DNA of 64,000 bases from an uncultured Nitrososphaeraceae archaeon (GCA_963779615.1 CAVZZA010000003.1:1120001-1184000), one strand, 5' to 3'; shown: positions 1 through 9,908, counted from the first letter of the stretch. Notes: generated by a model not told the origin, from the letters alone. Made by a program: numbers and translations.

Positions 1-197
1 CTAAACCATAGGTTATGGCCATCGTACCTTTCAACAAGATTCTTTGGAATGCAATAAGTCTCCTTATCTATCAAACCCACCTTTGTGATTACGTCATTGC
101 CACGAACTTCCTGGACTTCACCAAGCTCATCATCGCCCAGACCCCTCGCTTCTTTTTTTACAACATCACTCCAATCAATATTATCAATAGATGACAT
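1..197 (-). CDS. Partial conserved hypothetical protein (PRC-barrel-like N-terminus), runs off the window edge
   Basis: Manual translation MSSIDNIDWSDVVKKEARGLGDDELGEVQEVRGNDVITKVGLIDKETYCIPKNLVERYDGHNLWF; not in the ORF track. Confidence 0.6.
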   Translation of the reverse strand, partial: MSSIDNIDWSDVVKKEARGLGDDELGEVQEVRGNDVITKVGLIDKETYCIPKNLVERYDGHNLWF

Positions 198-261
198 TGC
201 CTAAAGTGTAAGATGACAAGTATTTAAGATTTAAAAAGATTAAAATAAAAGTTAAAAAAGT

Positions 262-423
262 TTAGGAAAAGGCGTCCTTGACCTTTTCTTTTGCCTTGTT
301 CAGTGTTTCTGAACTTGGTTTACCCTCGGCATGGTCTTGTGTGGTCTCAGCTTTTGCCTCAGCATCTTGGTTGGTGTTTTTCATTTTCATTTTCTTTGCT
401 GAATCATATATTGAATCGCTCAT
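262..423 (-). CDS. Small hydrophilic protein (53 aa), LEA/hydrophilin-like composition
   Basis: Manual translation MSDSIYDSAKKMKMKNTNQDAEAKAETTQDHAEGKPSSETLNKAKEKVKDAFS; co-oriented with the downstream gene. Confidence 0.5.
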   Translation of the reverse strand: MSDSIYDSAKKMKMKNTNQDAEAKAETTQDHAEGKPSSETLNKAKEKVKDAFS

Positions 424-723
424 TGATACCCATTACCTAACAATTTTTATGATATGCCTACCATAACCATAGAATTTCAAATGTCATCCTAATAGCTAAC
501 AGAACCAAAAAAAGGTTTATTATTGAATTGGACCGGATGGGATGTGATTCAAGAATGAATGGAACCTAAACATGGCTACCAGTGTCCTGAGAAATGACGA
601 ATTTATTATTGTAGAGACACATCAAAAAAAGATGTACCTGCCAACACTGTTGAAAGGTCAGGTATTTGTGGTTTACGTGTTATTTTATGGTACTTTTTAG
701 ATTCGCTTCAACAATAAAAAACA

Positions 724-1308
724 CTATCTTCCAAATACTACTCCGATAGATTTCAAACACTTTATCAGTTCAGCAATTTTTTCAATGCCAATTCCATCTT
801 CCAGTAGGGAAGTGATGAATAAAATTTCATTAATACCACCTTCCACTCTTTCGCAAATATCTGCAAGTGGGAGATCAAAATCATCTTCAACAGCATCTAT
901 CTGTGTAGAATTAAGAACAGACCTAAAACATTCTTCACAGGTTCTTGGTGATGGTGATGGTGATGTAGTGGATGGTGATGTAGTGGATGGTGTGAATAGT
1001 GGAAAATTATTGCTTTGGTCGGTGAATCCAACTGCATCATTGTCTTTGCCTATTAGCTCTTGGCCTTCATTGGCTTGTGTGCAGGTCTCATTTCCCCTAT
1101 AACACACATTATCCTGGTCCTGGTGTTGGCTTGCACTTTTCTTGTCTGTTTGAGAGCCTGCACTTGTTTTTGATTTTTTATCTTTATGTTTTTCATTTTC
1201 GTCATTACTACCGCTTTCTGCAAAAGATTGTATCGGAATTATGCTTGTTCCCATGATTAGTAATAATGTACATACTGCCATCATCCACATTTTATTTGTA
1301 TTTTTCAT
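724..1308 (-). CDS. Secreted protein: conserved Q/N-rich module, P/S/T linker, small Cys-containing helical domain
   Basis: Signal peptide ending IPIQSFA; motif QHQDQDNVCYRGNETCTQANEGQELIGKDNDAVGFTDQS shared with the genes at 2006 and 8391. Confidence 0.8.
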   Translation of the reverse strand: MKNTNKMWMMAVCTLLLIMGTSIIPIQSFAESGSNDENEKHKDKKSKTSAGSQTDKKSASQHQDQDNVCYRGNETCTQANEGQELIGKDNDAVGFTDQSNNFPLFTPSTTSPSTTSPSPSPRTCEECFRSVLNSTQIDAVEDDFDLPLADICERVEGGINEILFITSLLEDGIGIEKIAELIKCLKSIGVVFGR

Positions 1309-1374
1309 AATTGAGGTTACGTGTTATTATTGATATAAGTGGAATAAGTCACTTCATACGTAAAGTACCTAATT

Positions 1375-1401
1375 AATTTTTTAACCTAGAAATATCAACG
1401 T
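1375..1401 (-). promoter_or_regulatory. Upstream motif shared with the paralog at 8391
   Basis: Minus-strand ACGTTGATATTTCTAGGTTAAAAAATT versus ACGTATATTTTCAGGTTAACAAATT (8300-8324); both end ~67 nt before the ATG. Confidence 0.45.
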
Positions 1402-1563
1402 AACATTAAAACATAATATGATAAAATTATTATTGAGTATATTTTTAACTAGTAATCTATTAAAGGAAATATTGCGTCAAGGTTTTAGAGCAAAGCTGTT
1501 AGTATTAATTATAAACTTATTTTAAAAGATAATTTTTCAAAACTATATATTATTATCCATCAA

Positions 1564-1632
1564 AAACAACACAAAAAACAACACATGTAGTAATGCCTTG
1601 GATGCTGTAACAAGGAGTTATGATGGGGGCGA
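1564..1632 (+). repeat. Dispersed repeat copy A (AAACAACAYAAAAAACAACAYATGTA...)
   Basis: Matches 9843-9908 and 10978-11003. Confidence 0.75.
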
Positions 1633-2005
1633 TTTCCCCCACCTTTAAAAACCCTAAACTGCGAACTTTGTGAAACGGCAGATGATGAGATTGACAGGCC
1701 AAACTTCTTCAAATCCAACCCTGCAAGGGATGTGGGTGAACGAACTCACAAGAAGGATATGTGAATAGGATGCCATGCTTTTGGAAAGGGCCAGCAAGCA
1801 AGACGGTTAAGGGTGCTGCCAAGTTGAGGTTTATCAAGGACGGCTGGATGGGACGTCCCAGAATTGAGGAGGCACAGTAAACATTTCCTGTGCTTTGTTC
1901 AGTGCCAGTGTTATGCTGTTTTTTGCAGGATGATAAACGCAAAAAGAGATATGGGTTTTATATGACCTACCCCAAATAAGCCGCAAAACGAACAATATAT
2001 AATAT

Positions 2006-3565
2006 ATGAACATTTTACGGTGTCTGTTAATATTATCCGCTTTAGTGTCTTTGCTGGTCACAGTACCAAACCTGGCTCCATTGCAGTCTTATGCCGCTGC
2101 AGCTGACAATGGCGACTACAAAATCACCAAGGACTATAAGGACAGCATACACAAGGACGTAAATACAAAGTCAGACAGCACTAATCAGCACTCAAGCCAG
2201 GACAACCTCTGCTACAGTGATGACGGTTGCGAGCAGGCAAACGAAGGCGGACAGATAGAGGGCAAGGATAACGCCGCAGACGGTTTCAACGACCAGGGCA
2301 AAAATGCGCATCAACAGCCCGGTGTCTCCGGTGGCTTACCGACATCAACCCAGACAAACTCGCCACCATCACCACTACAAACCGGCACCCTGCTGGCCAC
2401 AAAGAACGTCACCTGCCCCGATGGTTTCTCATGCCCACAACCATCCGACTTTACAATACGTGTCACGGGCGTCCCTGGCAACGGCAATCCAAGCCCCTCA
2501 TCGTTTGCCGGCTCCGAGGAGGGCACCACTGTCACGCTCAATGTAGGAGAGTACAACGTCACCGAGGACTTTGAGGACAGCGCGTCATCGCCGCTGAAGG
2601 TTGTGAGGAACTTTAGCGCCGGTTGCAGCGGCAGCATCGAATCGGTAGGTCAAAGCAGAATATGCAACGTGACAAACGAGTTTGCGGTGAAGGAGTACCT
2701 GTTTCTTGATAAATGGGGCTCCCGCGGCTCCGGCAACGGCCAGTTTAATTCCCCAACAGACGTTGATATGAACCCCTCGACGGGCAACGTGTTTGTGGCA
2801 GACTGGATCAACAACAGAATCCAAGTGTTTGACTCTAGTGGCACCTTTATCACAAAGTTTGGGACTTTGGGCTCCGGCAACGGCCAGTTTAATCAACCAG
2901 TAGGCGTTGCCGTGAACCCTATAACAGGCAGCATCTATGTGGTAGATGCCGGCAACGACCGCATCCAGGTGTTCGACAGCACCGGCAACTTCATTATGAA
3001 ATGGGGATCATTTGGCTCCGGCAACGGCCAGTTTAATAATGCGGTAGGCGTTGCCGTGAACCCCTCGACGGGCGGTGTATATGTGGCAGATCAATTAAAC
3101 GACCGCATCCAGGTGTTCGACAGCACCGGCAACTTCATTATGAAATGGGGATCATTTGGCTCCGGTAACGGTCAGTTTTTTAATCCGATAGACGTTGCCG
3201 TGAACCCCTCGACGGGCGGTGTATATGTGGCGGATACCTTCAACGACCGCATCCAGGTGTTCGACAGCACCGGCAACTTCATCACAAGTTTCGGAACTTT
3301 GGGCTCCGGCAACGGCCAGTTTAGGTCTCCAGAAGGCGTTGCCGTGAACCCCTCGACGGGCAACGTGTTTGTGGCAGACACCTTCAACGACCGCATCCAG
3401 GTGTTCGACAGCATCGGCAACTTCATAACAAAGTTTGGAACCGCCGGCTCCGGCAACGGCCAGTTCAATACTGCAGCAAGGGTTGCCGTGAACCCGGCGA
3501 CGGGCAACGTGTTTGTGGCAGACCAAACCAACAACAGAATCCAGGTGTTTTTCCTGGACCCTTGA
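2006..3565 (+). CDS. Secreted surface protein: Q/N-rich module, SpaA/CnaB-like domain, six-bladed NHL beta-propeller
   Basis: Signal peptide ending APLQSYA; six 48-aa NHL repeats (GSGNGQFxxPxxVAVNPSTGxVYVADxxNDRIQVFD). Confidence 0.9.
   Translation: MNILRCLLILSALVSLLVTVPNLAPLQSYAAAADNGDYKITKDYKDSIHKDVNTKSDSTNQHSSQDNLCYSDDGCEQANEGGQIEGKDNAADGFNDQGKNAHQQPGVSGGLPTSTQTNSPPSPLQTGTLLATKNVTCPDGFSCPQPSDFTIRVTGVPGNGNPSPSSFAGSEEGTTVTLNVGEYNVTEDFEDSASSPLKVVRNFSAGCSGSIESVGQSRICNVTNEFAVKEYLFLDKWGSRGSGNGQFNSPTDVDMNPSTGNVFVADWINNRIQVFDSSGTFITKFGTLGSGNGQFNQPVGVAVNPITGSIYVVDAGNDRIQVFDSTGNFIMKWGSFGSGNGQFNNAVGVAVNPSTGGVYVADQLNDRIQVFDSTGNFIMKWGSFGSGNGQFFNPIDVAVNPSTGGVYVADTFNDRIQVFDSTGNFITSFGTLGSGNGQFRSPEGVAVNPSTGNVFVADTFNDRIQVFDSIGNFITKFGTAGSGNGQFNTAARVAVNPATGNVFVADQTNNRIQVFFLDP
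2726..3560 (+). repeat. Intragenic 144-bp tandem repeats (NHL blades), 6 copies
   Basis: GGCTCCGG(C/T)AACGG at 2726, 2870, 3014, 3158, 3302, 3446. Confidence 0.9.
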
Positions 3566-4012
3566 TTTGTCGCCATAAATGAATAGAATTCCCAAGTCTA
3601 CCTTTAGCCTTAATCCTTTTGCCATAAATGGAAAGGCGACATGGGATGGAGTATTGGGAGGAGGAGATGACGCAAAAGGCCGGAGAATGCAAAAGGATAA
3701 CAGATACAGGAAGGTGAGCTGAGGATGGCAGGGGGAAATCGAATAAAATAAGGATACCCGTGGATTACACCGGAGCAGACGTTGTGGTAGGCAACTGTGT
3801 CATTCCATCCGTAGGACAAGGCGAAAACTTTCATGAGATTACGGGATGCTGAAGCCCGGTGATATGGGAATGGGGGCAATTTTCCGGCTTGGTCGCATCC
3901 GGAGAGGTGGAGGATATCTCCATGGATACTGAAGGTTGATGCGTAGGCTGCATCGGCTGGGAGACGCCAACAAAGAAACTAATGAAAGAATCATTCTTTT
4001 GTTAACACTTTT

Positions 4013-4070
4013 GTCAACAAATCACCCATTTCAAATGCCAAAAGGTGCGAAGTGCGGGATTTGAACCCGC
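4013..4070 (-). repeat. Distal att site: copy of the tRNA-Gly 3' end plus downstream flank
   Basis: GTCAACAAATCACCCATTTCAAATGCCAAAAGGTGCGAAGTGCGGGATTTGAACCCGC matches 18797-18855 with one mismatch and one indel. Confidence 0.92.
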
Positions 4071-4319
4071 AATTCTCGCAATGAGGGGGCGAATTGCTTG
4101 GCTGTTTATGGCACGGTCAAGATTAAGGTTGGAGAACAGTGACGACATCAAGAAAAGTTCCTTGTCCGCTAGTTTGGCTAGTTTTTTTTGATGATGGATT
4201 TGAATAACTAGATAAGATATAATTAATAACATCATTTTTAGTCCTTTTGATTTTATCTTTTTACTTTCTTTTTGTGACACAAAGGTAAGAGATTAAGTTT
4301 TTATATCATCCATTAGTAT

Positions 4320-4351
4320 ATTAACATATCATTGAATGATGATATGTTAAT
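4320..4351. promoter_or_regulatory. Putative ArsR/SmtB operator (13-6-13 perfect inverted repeat)
   Basis: ATTAACATATCAT-tgaatg-ATGATATGTTAAT overlaps the arsR-family start, just downstream of a TTTTATAT TATA-like box. Confidence 0.7.
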
Positions 4352-4706
4352 TAGTATTCAAAAACTATCATTAAAGGCAAAACTGTTTAGGGGTTTGGCA
4401 GATAGCACCCGCCTTTCCATTTTGGAGGCATTAAGGGATGGTGAAAAGAACACTAGCGAAATTGTAAAGAAGACCTCGCATAACCAGTCAAATGTGTCCA
4501 ATCATTTGGCGTGTCTTTTGGACTGCGGGTTGGTCAAGAACAGAAGAGAGGGCAAGAACATCTATTATAAGCTAAACAACGAAAAAGTGTTAAGGCTGCT
4601 TGAGGAAAGCGATGCGGTTTTATCTGAAATTGTGAGTGGCCTGTATCTTTGCGTGAACTATAACGATGAAACTGCAAAGGGAAAAAACCTAAATGAAAAA
4701 AATTAA
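4344..4706 (+). CDS. ArsR/SmtB-family metal-sensing repressor
   Basis: LFRGLADSTRLSILEAL...SNVSNHLACLLDCGLVKNRREGKNIYYKL; C-terminal Cys; ATG at 4344. Confidence 0.9.
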   Translation: MLISIQKLSLKAKLFRGLADSTRLSILEALRDGEKNTSEIVKKTSHNQSNVSNHLACLLDCGLVKNRREGKNIYYKLNNEKVLRLLEESDAVLSEIVSGLYLCVNYNDETAKGKNLNEKN

Positions 4707-6922
4707 CCTTTCTCCAGACACCAACTTTGGCAACAATGAAGAAGAGAGCATAGGGAATAAGAAAGTGCCTAAGTGAAATAAAGGAAGAGGATGGCTGTGG
4801 ATGTTGCAGTGGACCTGATTTATCGTTTTTAAAAACCCCATCATCTCAATCAACAAATTCAAAAGCAGAGAAATCAGTTTTGGAGGAGCAGGAAAATGAA
4901 AGGGAGAGAAGGGAGAAGAGAAAGGACAGAAAGGACAGAATTCTCATTCTGATTGGACTAGCGTTAACCATTCCCTTGGTCGCAATAGAAATGTTGGAGT
5001 TTTACAATGTCGCGGGGATTGATGTTGTAAACACGGATTACCTTCTACTGGCTTTAGCAACCCCAATTCAAGTATTGCTGGGAGGTCCGTTTTACATGCG
5101 CTTTTTTGGCTCCCTAAAGAGAAGACGTGGCTTTACGGTAGACACATTGGTTGTGTTGAGCACAACCGTTGCTTATGTCTACAGCATAGTTGCCATGTTT
5201 ACAAACCAGGATATAAGGTTCTTTGAGGCCTCTGCCTCTGTGTTGACAATATTTACAATTGGTGAGTATGTTGAAAGTAAAGCTCTGGGAACAACCACAG
5301 AATCCATAAAAAAACTTTTTGCGTTAAAGCCCAAGACCGCTATAAGAATCAAGAGAAGCGATGGAAAGCATCATCAGCAGGAAGAAGTAGTCAATGTAAA
5401 TGACTTGGTAACAGGAGATGTTTTCATGGTAAAACCTGGGGAGAACATTGCAACAGATGGTGTAATAGTTTATGGGAACTCATCAGTAGATGAATCCATG
5501 ATTACAGGCGAATCCATTCCTGTTGATAAGGGAGATGGAGAAAAGGTAATTGGCGGAACCACGAACAAGAATGGTTATCTGCATGTCAAGGCTACAAGTG
5601 TAGGAAGCCAAACCGTGCTGGCAAACATAATTGAAATGGTGGTAAAGGCAAGGGCCAGCAAGTCATCAATCCAAAGGATTGCAGACAGGTGCGCAAAATA
5701 CTTTATTCCTGTTGTTTTGGGTATTGCTGCCTTATCCTCTCTGTATTGGCTGCTTGTGGGGCAGTTTCCCATCCAATTTGCTGTGACTGTTTTTGCAACA
5801 GTCTTGGTTGTGTCTTGTCCCTGTGCCTTGGGAATTGCAACTCCCATGGTGGTGTCATTGGGTGTTGGCAACGCCGCAAAACATGGTGTGTTGATAAAGG
5901 GCGGAAAATACCTTGAGAAATTGGCCTCAGTTGACACAGTAGTCTTTGACAAAACAGGAACCTTGACCAAGGGAAAACCAGAAGTTACAGACATAATTCC
6001 GATTGACGGTTATGATGAAACCTATGTACTGCAAATGGCATCCTCATCAGAAAACAAATCTGAGCATCCCATAGCACAGGCAATAGTAAAAAAAGATCAT
6101 GAGAAAGGGATACAGTTTCTTGAAGTCAGTGGATTTAACGCAATCACAGGACAAGGGGTTGTTGCAAGGTACAAAGAACAGAGAATATTTATCACAAACC
6201 CACAAAGCGCAAACAGCAATCACCCAAACAAAATCACCAAAGAAGTTCAGTCAAAGATATACGAATTGGAATCAGATGGCAAATCTGTGGTAACAGTCTT
6301 CATCGAGGACAAGATGATAGGGGGTATAGCGGTTGCGGATGTGCTAAGGGAGAATTCGGCAGAGACCGTTAAACAGCTTCAATCAATGGGCAAGGAGACA
6401 ATTCTCTTGAGCGGTGACAACAAAAGAACGGCCAACGCCATTGCCAAAAAAGTCGGGATAAAAAATGTCCTGGCAGAGGTGTTGCCAGAGCAAAAGGCAG
6501 AGAAGATAAAGAGTTTGCAAAATGAAAAAATGAAAAAGAAGGTAGTGGCCATGATAGGCGATGGCATTAATGACGCACCTTCCCTGACCCAAGCCGATGT
6601 GGGAATCGCAATGAGGTCAGGGACCGATGTTGCAATGGATGCGGGACACGTGATTCTCATGAAAAATGACTTGTCCGACATAGTTTATGCATTTAATCTA
6701 GCCGAATATTCCATAAACAAGATAAAGCAAAACCTGACAATGTCTTTTGCCTATAATGCCGTAACGATTTCAATAGCCGCTGGCCTTTTCTATGGCATGA
6801 CCAACTCACTCATCCTTACTCCCGCATTGGGGGCACTGGGTTGGGTCATAAGTGACACACTTGTTTTTGGAAACTCTTTGTTGTTGAGGAAGTTTAAAAT
6901 TCCAAAGAAAACAAGAAAATAA
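4693..6922 (+). CDS. Heavy-metal translocating P1B-type ATPase (Cu-type-like); N-terminus carries a +1 indel
   Basis: TGES, CPC, DKTGT, SEHP, GDGINDAP motifs; in-frame upstream extension EEDGCGCCSG; ATG 4693 joins if one base near 4771 is removed. Confidence 0.9.
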
Positions 6923-6971
6923 TCCCTAGAAACGATTTTTCCTTAAAAAAACAGTTTTTATTGTTATTTTT

Positions 6972-7187
6972 CTAGTGGACATCCAGGTTAATTTGCTCGC
7001 CATCCTTTAAGACATGGTTTGCAAAATCTGCCATAGGCTCCCCATTCGCTGATGCCTTTACTGTTTTACCGTTAAAGTCCACTCCCCAAATCCTGAGAAA
7101 GTCACCTAACGTGTAATTTTTGATAACCATTGACTCCACATGAATCAAACCATCGGAGGAGTGGGTGTGCAATGGCGCCATTTCCAC
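6972..7187 (-). pseudogene. C-terminal fragment of a His-motif (HTH...HVE) conserved protein
   Basis: PLHTHSSDGLIHVES...YTLGDFLRIWG; 5' end abuts the arsC-like gene head-to-head with no room for promoters. Confidence 0.55.
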
Positions 7188-7579
7188 TCTTTGTGTGTGT
7201 TGAGAATGCGGGGCGAAGCCAAATGGCAGAGGGCTTCTTTAGGAAATATGGCACAGGAGACTACGAGCCAATCAGTGCGGGCACACGCCATAAATCCCAA
7301 ATCAACCCTGTTGCTGTGGAAGTTATGAAGGAAGTTGGCATAGACATTAGCGGTCAAAAACCAAAGGAGCTGACCGAGGACATGATGCGAAACGCAGCAA
7401 AAATAATCAGCATGGGTTGCATGGACAAGGACTTCTGCCCTACTTTATTTGTCCCCAAGGTTGTTGACTGGGGGATTGAGGACCCCAAGGATAAGACAAT
7501 AGGAAAAGTTAGGGAGATAAGAGATGAGATAGAGAGCAGAATAAAAGAAGTAGTAAAGCAAATTGACAAAGATGGATAG
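7185..7579 (+). CDS. arsC: Arsenate reductase ArsC / LMW-PTP family, probably 5'-truncated
   Basis: LFVCVENAGRSQMAEGF P-loop, SAGT, MGC..FCP, DWGIEDP; the usual few N-terminal residues before LFVC are replaced by foreign sequence. Confidence 0.8.
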
Positions 7580-7660
7580 AAGAACTAAAGCTTTCACAAT
7601 ATTTTGTTTGTTGCCATGGAAAATTAGCCTGTAAACCAACATAAGAAAAGAGAAGATACG

Positions 7661-8229
7661 TTGAGAAACACAGCAAACAACCTAGCCACAACAATAAGGG
7701 ATAGTCTGTCCCCAAGCCAAAAGAGGTTTATTGCTGAAGTAATTGGAACTTTTATTGTCGTGGTTTTGGCTACTGGCTCTGTAGTCATAGACGCCAAACT
7801 AAATAGGGCGTGGGGCATTCCCTTTATAGCATTTGCCCCTTTTGTTGGTGTCGCAATAGGCGTATACCTATTTGGCAAAGTCTCCATGGCCCATTTCAAC
7901 CCCGCCGTGACCTTGGGATTTCTGATTACAAGGCACATAACGAAAAGGCAGCTGTTGGTCCTTACACACCTGCAGAGATAATGGGGGCGCTATTGGCAAG
8001 CCTGTTTGTAAAGTATGCCATAGGGAACGAGGCTTTTCTTGGAGCCAACTCACCAAACTATGTATATCCTTTGCCTTTGGTATTTGGGGTGAAGACATTG
8101 GCTTCTGCCCTGCTGATGGCTGTGATATTGGTGGTGGTGGTTTTCACAAGGGGCATGAGAGGTTTTAGCGGCATAGTTATTGGCGGCATTGTCGGACTGG
8201 ACATATTCTTTTTGGCCTTTTACATATGA
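7661..8229 (+). pseudogene. MIP/aquaporin paralog, frameshifted and truncated before the second NPA
   Basis: AHFNPAVT; two overlapping ORFs; stops at FFLAFYI where the paralog at 10276 continues GFISGASMNPARS. Confidence 0.8.
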
Positions 8230-8390
8230 AAATCATTTTTAGAATATCAGATAAAGTTATGCTAAACATTCCCATTTACATCTATAGTATTAAGATAATA
8301 CGTATATTTTCAGGTTAACAAATTCAGACAAAATATCAGGTGACAAAAGACCTACTTCAGATATGACAAAAATGTAACTGTTTTTTATAC

Positions 8391-9394
8391 ATGAACAACG
8401 CAAAAAACATTTTGTTAATATCTATAATCACATCAACACTGGTTCTTGGAACAGGCGTAATCCCAATGCAGTCATATGCATTTGAGGAGCACAAAGAAAA
8501 TAGTGACTTAAAGTCGTCAATAAAATCAGGCTCTGACGTGGACAAAAATGGCGCAAGCCAGCACTCGGGCCAGGGCAACTTTGCGTACAGGAGCGGTGAC
8601 CCCAGCCAGGCAAACCAGGGGCAGCAGATAACAGGAAAGGACAACGAGGCGACGGGGTTCAACGACCAGAGTGCTTTAGAGTCAGTCGATAATCAAGGTC
8701 AGTCAGGACCCGCTAGACCTGAATGCCCAAGTGAATTTACTTTCAATGAGTCCACTAAAAAATGCGAAAAGCCCGCTTGTAATGACGGATTTGCATTCAA
8801 TGTCGGCATCCAACAATGCGAAAGACCAATAACAACACAGGCAACATGCCCAGACGGCAGTGCCGCAACCAGCGCAACATGCCCTGGAACTACAACCAAT
8901 GTCCCCGCAACATGCCCAGCCAATTACGCTGGCCCTAGCAGCATCGGCACTTGTACAGGACCTGTACAAAGGACAACGGGATTATGCCCAGCTCCTGTAG
9001 GCGCAACCAATGTTGTATGGGACCGTACATTAATGGGCAAGGACAGTGTGAAATAGTGGTCGTGGGGACGATTGCAAGCAATTACCTTGGCTGTTTTGGC
9101 CAAATTTCATTTACATGCATGGATGGAATTTTCACATGCCCAGAGGGTTTCGCTATAGAAAACCTCGTTACCGGAATATGCAGGGGAACGCCAACTACAC
9201 AGGCAACATGCCCGGACGGAAGTGCCGCCACCAGTGCGACATGCCCAGTAACAGGACCCTCGACAATGGCAACCTGCCCGGCTGGTTTCACGGGACCCGA
9301 CGCCACCGGACGTTGCACGGGAACTGAAACAGGACTTATACAGTGTGCCAATCCAACATCAACCGGCACCTGCCAGACTAACCCAAAATTCTGA
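8391..9394 (+). CDS. Secreted Cys-rich repeat protein with the Q/N-rich module (one frameshift near 9030)
   Basis: Signal ending IPMQSYA; QHSGQGNFAYRSGDPSQANQGQQITGKDNEATGFNDQS; TTQATCPDGSAATSATCP occurs in both ORF halves. Confidence 0.8.
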
Positions 9395-9444
9395 TAGGGC
9401 AGTTTTCGGAATTTAAATTTGCGACATGCACATGCGTTATTTGC

Positions 9445-9746
9445 CTACTTCCCTATGATAAGCCTCTGCATCCTTTTCCACGCCTGCCTTGTCTCATAAG
9501 ACATCGCTGGGACGTCCTTCTCCTCGAGTTTGCCGTACCTTTTGTATGCTGGGCAAAACCCTCCTGCAGGCTGGCAAGGACCTCTTTCCGGTCTTTACCA
9601 ACAACCACGCATTCAGTGTTGTTTAACTCAAAGTCGTGGTGGATTTCCTCGTCCACTATGTTGACGATTCCACGGTGTATGTCTATGCTGACAGGCATGA
9701 ATTTTACTTCATCGATTGGGTCGGGCTGAAAAAGAAAATGGGGCAT
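9445..9746 (-). CDS. Hypothetical protein, weakly HicB-like (frameshifted)
   Basis: CVVVGKDRKEVLASLQEGF resembles the HicB G-x-T-x-E-E-A-L motif; an alternative frame continues AYKRYGKLEEKD...RLIIGK. Confidence 0.3.
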
Positions 9747-9842
9747 AAAGAAGCATTGTGGTAAATCCTTTTATTTGATAGTTTTCACACGGGGAAATCG
9801 CTCAATGCGCCTTTGCGTTTCATTTGCAGTATTGTCTACCAT

Positions 9843-9908
9843 AAACAACACAAAAAACAACATATGTAGTAATAACACGTTGTAACAATGGGTTATAATG
9901 GGGGGCGA
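9843..9908 (+). repeat. Dispersed repeat copy B
   Basis: Aligns with 1564-1632 including the TGTAACAA and ATGGGGG(G)CGA tail. Confidence 0.75.

Noticed and set aside
1650-1980. Short ORFs between the two secreted genes
   Set aside because: No coherent frame or motif
2726-3560. Regular repeats resembling a CRISPR array
   Set aside because: 144-bp in-frame coding repeats (NHL blades) with no unique spacers and no cas genes
3620-3970. GC-richer purine-biased stretch next to the distal att site, possible integrase remnant
   Set aside because: Plus-strand frames are interrupted and no recognisable motif was found on either strand; probably decayed coding DNA that cannot be assigned
4046-4080. 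Apparent second tRNA
   Set aside because: Only the 3' 25 nt (T-arm and acceptor strand) match; it is the att duplication
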